Shown here in pieces: positions 1 through 6,539 of a stretch of DNA of 48,615 bases (the first letter of the stretch is position 1; each line of letters opens with the position of its first letter). The translations under genes were made by a program, and so were the position numbers. Below the pieces are notes generated by a model. It had not been told where the DNA came from and searched no databases. It saw only the letters and a program-made list of their open reading frames with translations. Source of the stretch: an uncultured Candidatus Peribacteria bacterium (GTDB lineage Bacteria > Patescibacteriota > Gracilibacteria > UBA4473); contig CAYWLU010000001.1 in the NCBI GenBank assembly GCA_964459435.1, positions 11,151 to 59,765 on the forward strand, in the 5' to 3' direction.

Positions 1-780
1 AGACTTGTAAAATCTTTAAATGATCCCAGTGAAGGTCTAGCTGGAAAATATGATATTTATCAAGAAGCACTATTAAAACATACTGATCATTTCAAAGGAA
101 CTAAAGAATGCCCTGATACAGTTGATGACTATAGTGTGTATGGTTTTTCAGATATTATTGCCTGTGAAGAAAAAATACATAATGTCCAAACAGAACTGGC
201 AAAAAAAGTAGACGATCGAAAAGATGAATTTAATGGAACTGATGATGAATTAAAAGAAGTTATTGAAAACACAAAAGCAACTATAGGTTCTATTGAAAGT
301 ATAATTCAAAAATGTAAAGAATGGATAGAATATGGTGATCAAACATTAAACCATTGGTGCGGAACTCCTCTTTCTGGAAAAGAATACGGAGGCGTTGGCA
401 AAATTTTTCGTGCCCAAGAGCAAATCGTCAATGATCGCACTCTAGCTTATTTAGGTTCTCGAACTTCGCATTTTGATACTGATGTTCTTAGTGTCGGTAA
501 TGAAAAATTACTTAATTTATTTATAGGCACAAATGAGGACACAATTGAACACAATGTTTTACATAAAACTATAAAAATCATGGCACAGGCTTTAGGTACT
601 TTTGCAGTGCTAATCTTGATTGTTGGTGGACTACTAATGATTACCTCTCAAGGAGATGAAAATCGTCTTCAAAAAGGAAAAAATATTCTTTTTTACACTA
701 TTCTTGGACTAATTATGGCTTTTACCGCCTACATACTAGTTCAATTTGTTATTTCTATTTTGTTTACAGCCACCGGATAA
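1..780 (+). CDS. VirB2/TrbC-like pilin-domain membrane protein (5' end outside window)
   Basis: Frame 1 is open from nt 1 to the listed GTG at 136, so the ORF is cut by the window edge. A long acidic N-terminal part is followed by two C-terminal hydrophobic helices joined by a short charged loop (LLMITSQGDENRLQKGKNILFYTILGL). The same tail occurs in ORFs 782-1543, 7221-7667, 7667-8371 and 8371-8772. Confidence 0.55.
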   Translation, partial: RLVKSLNDPSEGLAGKYDIYQEALLKHTDHFKGTKECPDTVDDYSVYGFSDIIACEEKIHNVQTELAKKVDDRKDEFNGTDDELKEVIENTKATIGSIESIIQKCKEWIEYGDQTLNHWCGTPLSGKEYGGVGKIFRAQEQIVNDRTLAYLGSRTSHFDTDVLSVGNEKLLNLFIGTNEDTIEHNVLHKTIKIMAQALGTFAVLILIVGGLLMITSQGDENRLQKGKNILFYTILGLIMAFTAYILVQFVISILFTATG

Positions 781-781
781 A

Positions 782-1543
782 ATGAAAAAATTATTTCTAG
801 TTTTTACTTTATTCTTCCTTCTCAACGGAAATTTAACCTTCGCTGAATCACCACAAGACCCTTGTGGCGAAGGAGTTGATTGTTATCGAATAGAATTACG
901 AGAATCCTTAATACCAGATAAAAACCCAACAACTGGTCGAACGGGTGACATAATAACTGGTCGAACGGGTATGGAACTCACTAAAAATTACATTACCCTA
1001 ATTTATACATACGGAGCATCTCTAATTGGAATTATTTGTGTGCTCTTAATTGTTTTTTCGGGAATACAAATCATTACGGGAGGTGCTGATGCCGAAAATG
1101 TCACTCAAGCAAAAACTAGAATCTTCAATTCCCTACTTAGCTTAGTTCTGCTTTTTATGTCTGCCATGATTTTAAAAAGTATTAACCCGGGATTTTTTAG
1201 ACATGGAAGAGATTCTTCTAATATTATCATCGGTCTTGATGGCGAAGCAATACCCATCGCTCCTTTGTGTAAATTCGCTGAAATAATACCTCCTAGTTGT
1301 TATACGAATGGAAAACGCGCAGATAACTGCAAGGCAGAAGGTACAGACCTCTGTATTGCTCTGAATCAAGACGAAGAAAAAACAAATTGTGTTAAAATTT
1401 TACAAGGTTTGCTTTCTGGTGCTGGTTCTTTTAATGAAATAGACGCATGTAACGGATTAACAAATTTTGAAGATGGAGCCTATGGGGACTGTACTTTCGC
1501 TGCTTTTACAGCATGGGAAACAAAATACTGTGACACAAAATAA
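782..1543 (+). CDS. Pilin-like membrane protein with signal peptide and Cys-rich C-terminal extension
   Basis: ATG at 782 (MKKLFLVFTLFFLL, signal-peptide-like) lies 1 nt after the upstream stop; the listed 746 start only adds an overlap. Central helix-loop-helix (IICVLLIVFSGIQIITGGADAENVTQAKTRIFNSLLSLVLLF) resembles the neighbouring pilin paralogs. It is followed by a roughly 110-aa tail with 8 Cys. Confidence 0.5.
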   Translation: MKKLFLVFTLFFLLNGNLTFAESPQDPCGEGVDCYRIELRESLIPDKNPTTGRTGDIITGRTGMELTKNYITLIYTYGASLIGIICVLLIVFSGIQIITGGADAENVTQAKTRIFNSLLSLVLLFMSAMILKSINPGFFRHGRDSSNIIIGLDGEAIPIAPLCKFAEIIPPSCYTNGKRADNCKAEGTDLCIALNQDEEKTNCVKILQGLLSGAGSFNEIDACNGLTNFEDGAYGDCTFAAFTAWETKYCDTK

Positions 1544-1580
1544 CTTCTCAACTAAAATTTGACACTTCTCTACCCCCCCT

Positions 1581-1666
1581 GTCATTGCGAGCGACTGTAG
1601 GGAGCGTGGCAATCTCCTAATCATAAAGATAAGATTGCTTCGGTCGTTGCACTCTCTCGCAATGAC
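1581..1666. repeat. Family A hairpin repeat (GTCATTGCGAG ... CTCGCAATGAC outer stem, GCAATCT/AGATTGC inner stem)
   Basis: 11-nt terminal inverted repeats at 1581-1591 and 1656-1666 with an inner palindrome. The whole element is the reverse complement of the copy at 8846-8931. It is flanked by a 16-nt direct repeat, AAAATTTGACACTTCT, at 1554-1569 and 1696-1711. Confidence 0.8.
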
Positions 1667-1819
1667 AATGCTGAGGGTATAAAAAGTTACATGAATAAAA
1701 TTTGACACTTCTGGAAAAAAAAGTAGTGTTTATTCGCTTTTTTCTGCGTGTTTAGGGATGAAGTGTACGATTCAGTAGCTCTCCTAGTTACCTCCTAACC
1801 GTGATTAATATCCAATAAC

Positions 1820-2299
1820 ATGATTGCAGTAGCAAAAATCGGTGGACATCAAGAGATTGTCCAAATCGGCGACCAAATAGAAACAGATAAATTAGACACA
1901 GAAGTTGGAAAGACTATTTCTTTTGAAACTTTACTAATTAGTGAAGAAGACGGAACAAATTTTAAAGTTGGAACTCCTTTTTTAGAAGAAAAAGTAGAAG
2001 CTAAAATATTAGAACACGGACGAGACAAAAAGATTATCGTCTTCAAAATGAAACCAAGAAAAAGATACCGAAAAACACTCGGGCATCGTCAAGATTACAC
2101 TCTTATCGAAATCACTAAAATTGGAGCAAATAGTGCCAAACCTGCTAAAAAAGAAACAACTGTTAAAGAAACTAAAGTTGTAGAAAAAAAAGAAGTTAAA
2201 AAAGTAGCTCCAAAAAAGACGGTTAAAAAGACTGTAGCCAAAAAACCAGCCGTTAAAAAAGCTCCAGTAAAAAAGGTAGCCAAAAAATTGAAAAGTTAA
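1820..2299 (+). CDS. rplU: 50S ribosomal protein L21 with Lys/Ala/Pro-rich C-terminal tail
   Basis: MIAVAKIGGHQEIVQIGD...FKMKPRKRYRKTLGHRQDYTLIEITKI is a typical L21 core. Residues from about 100 to 159 form a KKxxK-rich extension. Confidence 0.93.
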   Translation: MIAVAKIGGHQEIVQIGDQIETDKLDTEVGKTISFETLLISEEDGTNFKVGTPFLEEKVEAKILEHGRDKKIIVFKMKPRKRYRKTLGHRQDYTLIEITKIGANSAKPAKKETTVKETKVVEKKEVKKVAPKKTVKKTVAKKPAVKKAPVKKVAKKLKS

Positions 2300-2347
2300 A
2301 AATCCAGATATTCTTTGATTTTCAACTTTTTATTAATCATTACGGCA

Positions 2348-2363
2348 TTATATTATAATATAA
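2348..2363. repeat. All-AT palindrome TTATATTATAATATAA (ATATTATAATAT family)
   Basis: Perfect 16-nt palindrome in the convergent rplU/guaA intergenic region. It is one of 8 copies of this core in the window. Confidence 0.85.
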
Positions 2364-2367
2364 CATT

Positions 2368-2441
2368 GTCATTGCGAGCAAAGCGAAGCAATCTCAGAGA
2401 TTGCCACGTCATTTTGTTAACACAAAACTCCTCGCAATGAC
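2368..2441. repeat. Family A hairpin repeat
   Basis: GTCATTGCGAG at 2368-2378 and CTCGCAATGAC at 2431-2441. Inner perfect hairpin GCAATCTC/GAGATTGC at 2388-2404. Confidence 0.8.
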
Positions 2442-2453
2442 AACACTTGTTGT

Positions 2454-2488
2454 CTTATTCTTCATTACTCATTATTCATTAATCATTG
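2454..2488 (-). repeat. Tandem heptamer array TAATGA(A/G), 5 units, directly after the guaA stop
   Basis: Minus strand reads TGA(stop) GA CAATGAT TAATGAA TAATGAG TAATGAA GAATAAG, with strict 7-nt period. The same motif follows the ribE stop at 5554-5592. Confidence 0.85.
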
Positions 2489-2490
2489 TC

Positions 2491-4332
2491 TCACTCCCAT
2501 TCAATTGTTCCGGGAGGTTTACTAGTCACATCTAAGAATACTGCTGATACTTTTCCTTCTTGCAAGATACCAGAAGCAACTTTAGCAAAAAATCTCCAAG
2601 GGAGTTTCCCAACACTAGCAGACATTGCATCAATAGAATCTATCGGACGAAGAATAATTGATTCTTCTCCTGTTTGATTAAAAGACACAGGAATCAAAAC
2701 AGTCGGAAACTGCCATACTTTTTCATAAAGATTCATTTCTAATAAAGTCCGATTCACAATATCATCTGCCGTCTGCAAAAGCTTAACCCTATCTTTGGTA
2801 ATACTCTTTTTGTGTAGTTGTACTTCCCTAATTTCTCCTAAGAAGTTTTTATCTAAAAGCACCAATCCCCTATTAATCTCAGAATAATGATTAATTAAAT
2901 TAGTCGCATGCTTCTCTAATACTTTGAGTTCGAACTCCGCAGAGTTCGAACTCTTAATTCCCGTTAAAATTGCCGGATGACGATATGTCCTAAAATCCCC
3001 CTGCACTCCAACGGACTTAATCGGGAGCACAATAAATGGCTTCTTATTCGTCTGAAGTGTAAAAGAATTAATCTTTCCTAATTCCTTATTTGAAGATTGA
3101 AGTTTGAAGATTGAAGATTCATTTGAGCAAAGGATTCTTACTCCTAGACCTGGACCAGGAAAGGGATGTCTCCAAACAAGATTGTGTGGCAATCCCAAAA
3201 GCTCACCCAGAGCTCTCACTTCGTCCTTATACAGTTCTTTTATTGGTTCTATAATCTTTCCCTCATCTATTAATTTCTGAACCGCAGGGGCTCGATTATG
3301 ATGTGTTTTAATCTTATCGGCATGAGCAGTTCCCCCAGTTTCTATAGTATCTGGATAAATAGTTCCTTGGGCTAGCAACCAATCCTCATGTAAATCATGT
3401 TTCGTAAAAAAATCCTGCTGAACATCTAAAAAAGTATGACCGATTATTTCTCGTTTTTTTTCTGGATCATAAATATTTTCTAGATTAGCTAAAAATCGTT
3501 CTCCTTCGCTAAGAACTGTCAGGTCTGCACCCAGTGCTTTTATTTCTTTCTCCACAAACTCTACTTCCCCTTTTCTCATAAGTCCGATATCTACAAAAAG
3601 ACCCTTAACTCGCTCTGCTCCTAAAATCTCGGTCAAAAGCATAAAACTAACCGTAGAATCTACCCCCCCAGAAACAAAAAGAAAAACATTTTTATCGCCT
3701 ACTTGCTCTTTTATTTTCTTTTTTTCTCCTTCCAAAAATTTCTCCATCGTCCAGTCCCGAGCCACCCCACAAATATCTAGGAAATTTTCAAAAACTTTAG
3801 TCCCAAATTCTGAATGAGTTACTTCTAAATGAAACTGGGTAGAGAAAATATTCTTCTCTGGATGACATAAGGATGCATGCGTACAACAATCTGTTGTTGC
3901 ACAATTAATAAATCCCTCAGCCGGTTCTCCCACTTCATCGACATGATTCATCCAGAAAATAGATTTTTCTGGTACATCCTTAAACAAAGGACATTCTTTG
4001 TTATGAGTTACTTCTGCTCGACCAAATTCCCCTTTCTTTCCTGGAAGAACCTTTCCTCCTAAGGAATGAGTAATGAACTGATGACCATAACAAATACCAA
4101 GGATAGGAAGACCTAAGTCAAAAACAGCTAAATCGCATTTGGGAGAATTCTCTTCAAAAACACTCTGAGGACCTCCAGACATAATAATTCCCTTGATGCT
4201 TTCATCCTTGAATTGCTCTATTGGTGTAGAAATATCCCAAATCTCAGCCAAGACATTCTGCCGTCTAATGCGATTAGCAATGAGATGGGCGTATTGTCCG
4301 CCAAAATCGAGAATGATGATTTTTTCGTGCAT
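2491..4332 (-). CDS. guaA: GMP synthase (glutamine-hydrolysing), long C-terminal form
   Basis: N-terminal class-I amidotransferase (IIILDFGGQYAHLIANRIR, GICYGHQ), PP-loop SGGVDS, and C-terminal ..KPPGTIEWE. The ATG at 4332 (MHEKIIILDFGGQY) is preferred over the listed TTG at 4356. Confidence 0.93.
   Translation of the reverse strand: MHEKIIILDFGGQYAHLIANRIRRQNVLAEIWDISTPIEQFKDESIKGIIMSGGPQSVFEENSPKCDLAVFDLGLPILGICYGHQFITHSLGGKVLPGKKGEFGRAEVTHNKECPLFKDVPEKSIFWMNHVDEVGEPAEGFINCATTDCCTHASLCHPEKNIFSTQFHLEVTHSEFGTKVFENFLDICGVARDWTMEKFLEGEKKKIKEQVGDKNVFLFVSGGVDSTVSFMLLTEILGAERVKGLFVDIGLMRKGEVEFVEKEIKALGADLTVLSEGERFLANLENIYDPEKKREIIGHTFLDVQQDFFTKHDLHEDWLLAQGTIYPDTIETGGTAHADKIKTHHNRAPAVQKLIDEGKIIEPIKELYKDEVRALGELLGLPHNLVWRHPFPGPGLGVRILCSNESSIFKLQSSNKELGKINSFTLQTNKKPFIVLPIKSVGVQGDFRTYRHPAILTGIKSSNSAEFELKVLEKHATNLINHYSEINRGLVLLDKNFLGEIREVQLHKKSITKDRVKLLQTADDIVNRTLLEMNLYEKVWQFPTVLIPVSFNQTGEESIILRPIDSIDAMSASVGKLPWRFFAKVASGILQEGKVSAVFLDVTSKPPGTIEWE
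3089..3120. repeat. TTGAAGA-type heptamer tract inside guaA
   Basis: tttgaagattgaagtttgaagattgaagattc on the plus strand. It is read on the stop-free minus strand as ..SSIFKLQSSNKE.. within guaA. Confidence 0.8.
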
Positions 4333-4347
4333 TATAAAAAAATTATA

Positions 4348-4372
4348 AATCTTCAATCTTCAATCTTCAATT
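4348..4372 (-). repeat. TTGAAGA heptamer array between the ribD stop and the guaA start
   Basis: Plus strand aatcttcaatcttcaatcttcaatt; minus strand AATTGAAGATTGAAGATTGAAGATT, 16 nt upstream of the guaA ATG. Confidence 0.85.
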
Positions 4373-4394
4373 AAAAATGAATAAAACCTAAATC

Positions 4395-5435
4395 CTAAAA
4401 TTTAAATCTCATCAGCACATCACCTTCTAAGTTCTCAACTTCACAGAGTTTGAACTTTTTAAAGTTCGAACTCAAATCTGTGGTAAAACTATTTTTTCCA
4501 ATTCCAAAAATCTCTGACGCTATAAAAAGTTGAATCTCGTCCACTAAATCTTGTTTCAGAAGTTCGGTACAAACCTCTGCTCCACATTCGGTCATAATAG
4601 AATCTATTCCTTTCTTCCCGCATTCTTGTAAAACTTCTTCTAAATTATGAGTTTCAAAGAAATGAATCTTCCTGTCTGGAATACTAAAAATCTTAGCTGT
4701 TTTTGGTATTTCTCTTTTTCCTATCACAATTAAATCGGGATTAGAAGAACCATCTAATCTACAATCTAGTCTAGGATCGTCCTGGAGGATTGTTTCTGTA
4801 GTTGTTAATATTGCAGAGTAATTAGCCCTCATTTCGTGCACTTTCTTTCTAGAAAGCTCATTAGAAATATATTCAATCCCGGGTTCAAAATTTCCAGAAC
4901 CCGGGATCTGCTTTGTTATTTTCCCATCTAAACTCTGGGCTAGTTTAAGTGTTACATATGGTAAACCAGTAGTAACAAACTTCTCTAAAAAAGGATTAAG
5001 TGAGTTACATTTTTCGTTACTTTGTACTTCAACTTCTATTCCTGCTTTCCGTATCTTCTCTAAATTCTCCCCCTTGAATCTCGGATCTAAACTACCAACT
5101 ATTACTTTCTGTGGTCTTTTTTGGATAAGTAAATCTGTGCAACTAGGAGTTTTTTTACCAGAAAACACATCACAAGGTTCTAGGGTTATATACACTTCAC
5201 AATCGCTTAAATTATAATTTTCCCCAAGTTTTTCTATAGCTTCTCTTTCAGCATGTAAACCACCAAATTTTCTATGAACTCCCTCTGAAATAATTTCTTT
5301 CTTTAAAGATTGAAGATTGTAGTTTGAAGATCGTAGTTTAACTATTACACATGCCACTCTAGGATTAGGAGAAACTGCATGAGGATCTACCTGTTCAGCA
5401 AGTTCTATCGCTAATTTCATAAAATCAATTTTCAT
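4395..5435 (-). CDS. ribD: Bifunctional riboflavin biosynthesis protein RibD (deaminase/reductase)
   Basis: Deaminase motifs HAEREAI and TLEPC, then a reductase domain (VTLKLAQSLDGKIT...). It carries two repeat-derived in-frame inserts (see repeats 4878-4905 and 5307-5339). Confidence 0.9.
   Translation of the reverse strand: MKIDFMKLAIELAEQVDPHAVSPNPRVACVIVKLRSSNYNLQSLKKEIISEGVHRKFGGLHAEREAIEKLGENYNLSDCEVYITLEPCDVFSGKKTPSCTDLLIQKRPQKVIVGSLDPRFKGENLEKIRKAGIEVEVQSNEKCNSLNPFLEKFVTTGLPYVTLKLAQSLDGKITKQIPGSGNFEPGIEYISNELSRKKVHEMRANYSAILTTTETILQDDPRLDCRLDGSSNPDLIVIGKREIPKTAKIFSIPDRKIHFFETHNLEEVLQECGKKGIDSIMTECGAEVCTELLKQDLVDEIQLFIASEIFGIGKNSFTTDLSSNFKKFKLCEVENLEGDVLMRFKF
4878..4905. repeat. Family D palindromic element CCCGGGTTCAAAATTTCCAGAACCCGGG, in frame in ribD
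   Basis: 9-bp stem and 10-nt loop, with 28/28 identity to 5728-5755. Translated as PGSGNFEPG in ribD. Confidence 0.9.
5307..5339. repeat. Heptamer tract (TTGAAGA / TTTGTAG types) inside ribD
   Basis: agattgaagattgtagtttgaagatcgtagttt, read on the minus strand as ..LRSSNYNLQSLK.. between the conserved CVIVK and EGVH...HAE segments of the deaminase domain. Confidence 0.8.
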
Positions 5436-5456
5436 TTCTTTTTAAAATTTAAAAAA

Positions 5457-5544
5457 TGTCATACCAGATTTATTCTGGCATCTAACCATAAATAAAGCAG
5501 ATGTTTAATCCATCGCTAGATCCCGCAATAAATGCGGGATGACA
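5457..5544 (+). repeat. Family B double-hairpin repeat (TGTCATACC... / ...GATCCCGCAATAAATGCGGGATGACA)
   Basis: Outer TGTCAT/ATGACA ends, with hairpins CCAGA-tttat-TCTGG and ATCCCGC-aataaat-GCGGGAT. Other copies lie at 13125-13214 and 25018-25205. Confidence 0.8.
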
Positions 5545-5553
5545 TCGTTTTTT

Positions 5554-5592
5554 TTCATTCTTCATTATTCATTACTCATTATTCATTACTCA
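5554..5592 (-). repeat. Tandem heptamer array TAATGA(A/G) beginning at the ribE stop codon
   Basis: Minus strand reads TGA(stop)G TAATGAA TAATGAG TAATGAA TAATGAA GAATGAA. Confidence 0.85.
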
Positions 5593-6198
5593 ATGCTGAA
5601 CATTGAGTATATATTTTCCTAAAATATCAAATTCTAAGTTAACCAAATCTCCAATCTTTTTGTCAGATAAATTAGTTACTTCCCAAGTATGAGAAATGAT
5701 ACAAGTTTCAAACCAATTTTCATTTAACCCGGGTTCAAAATTTCCAGAACCCGGGTTAAAAATATTAGAAACTGTTAAAGAAATTCCATTTACTGCGATA
5801 GAACCTTTTTCCACAACTAACTTGGCATTTTCTTTACTGAGAGAAATTCTAAACAACCAATAATCTCCTTGTCTTTTTAAATCTAAAATCTTTCCTTTCT
5901 CGTCTATATGACCAGTGACAAAATGACCAGAATTCCGTTCTCCTGTTCTAGCAGATCTTTCTAAATTAACACTGTCTCCTTCTTTTGCTTCCCCGAAAGT
6001 TGTCCTATTCCTCGACTCTTCCATAATCTCCACCTTGAACCAATCTTTGTCCATCTCGACAACCGTTGCGCACATCCCAGAAAGAGCAATCGATTCTCCC
6101 AACCCCAGAGGATCCGTTATATTATAATATAATACAGTAAACAAATTCCCTTTGATTTTCTTTATTTCGCCAGTTGTTTCTACAATTCCAGTAAACAT
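5590..6198 (-). CDS. ribE: Riboflavin synthase (alpha chain)
   Basis: MFTGIVETTGEIKKI start and a duplicated barrel pattern (..GESIALSGMCATVV.., ..GSIAVNGISLTVS..). It carries the family D palindrome in frame. Confidence 0.9.
   Translation of the reverse strand: MFTGIVETTGEIKKIKGNLFTVLYYNITDPLGLGESIALSGMCATVVEMDKDWFKVEIMEESRNRTTFGEAKEGDSVNLERSARTGERNSGHFVTGHIDEKGKILDLKRQGDYWLFRISLSKENAKLVVEKGSIAVNGISLTVSNIFNPGSGNFEPGLNENWFETCIISHTWEVTNLSDKKIGDLVNLEFDILGKYILNVQH
5728..5755. repeat. Family D palindromic element, in frame in ribE
   Basis: Identical 28-mer to 4878-4905, translated in the same frame as PGSGNFEPG. The palindrome extends to ttaaCCCGGG...CCCGGGttaa (5724-5759). Confidence 0.9.
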
Positions 6199-6210
6199 GT
6201 AAATGAATTA

Positions 6211-6237
6211 TCAATTATCAATCTTCAAACTACAAAT
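6211..6237 (-). repeat. Heptamer tract (TTGAAGA/TTTGTAG types) just upstream of the ribE start
   Basis: Plus strand tcaattatcaatcttcaaactacaaat; minus strand atttgtagtttgaagattgataattga. Confidence 0.7.
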
Positions 6238-6256
6238 AAAAAACATACATATCACA

Positions 6257-6464
6257 GTCATTCTGGCTTGTCCAGAATCCTGACTAGTAAATATCCTATA
6301 TGAAAACGTTAGTGCTTATCTCGACATCAGTACCACGCTAACGCTTATGAGCATGATAAATTCGCTTCTGATTCTGCTCGTTGAGGATAGCGAACTGTTC
6401 CGAGCTTGCTCGAGAACAAGTAAGCGACGCAAATGATAAGCGAAGCGTCACAAGCCGGAATGAC
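6257..6464 (-). mobile_element. MITE-like element with about 15-nt terminal inverted repeats (GTCATTCYGGCTTGT), carrying a family C core
   Basis: Left end gtcattctggcttgtcc. The right end, reverse-complemented, is gtcattccggcttgtgacgc. The internal about 80 nt, reverse-complemented, closely matches 25035-25115. No coding capacity. Confidence 0.6.
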
Positions 6465-6539
6465 TAAAAGATTGATACCTTTTTGAATTGCCAAAATTAA
6501 TCAATTTTTGTAACGTACCCTCGTAATTTCCCTTTAAGT

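Noticed and set aside
1457-1708. ORF 1457-1708 (-), and likewise 25062-25382 (-), 31064-31312 (+), 31230-31448 (-) and 40708-40896 (-)
   Set aside because: These run through repeat elements, a tRNA gene or the GC-rich tRNA flanks. They have no credible starts or family resemblance and look like artefacts of locally stop-poor sequence.
1712-1819. Possible ribosomal-protein L21 leader / autoregulatory structure upstream of rplU
   Set aside because: I could not identify a convincing conserved fold or similarity to the Firmicute L21 leader by eye. It needs an Rfam scan.
2491-2493. Alternative genetic code (UGA recoded, as in some candidate phyla)
   Set aside because: guaA ends with TGA immediately after the universally conserved ..TIEWE C-terminus. 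ribE and other genes also stop at TGA at their expected lengths, and no conserved gene needs in-frame TGA read-through.
4333-4356. Longer N-terminal extensions offered by the ORF track (guaA 4356, mutS 17856, prs 24223, ligase-like 18581, elp3 43512, pilin 746 and 8781, aminotransferase 34212, fusion GT 37087, rplY 33662, ORF 27822)
   Set aside because: These use TTG/GTG or upstream ATG codons that overlap neighbouring genes or repeats and add non-conserved residues. Internal ATGs coincide with the conserved protein N-termini.
6199-6539. Expected an FMN (RFN) riboswitch upstream of ribE/ribD
   Set aside because: Reading both strands, I found none of the conserved RFN core segments. The region is instead occupied by a MITE-like repeat and heptamer tracts. 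A covariance-model scan would be needed to be certain.
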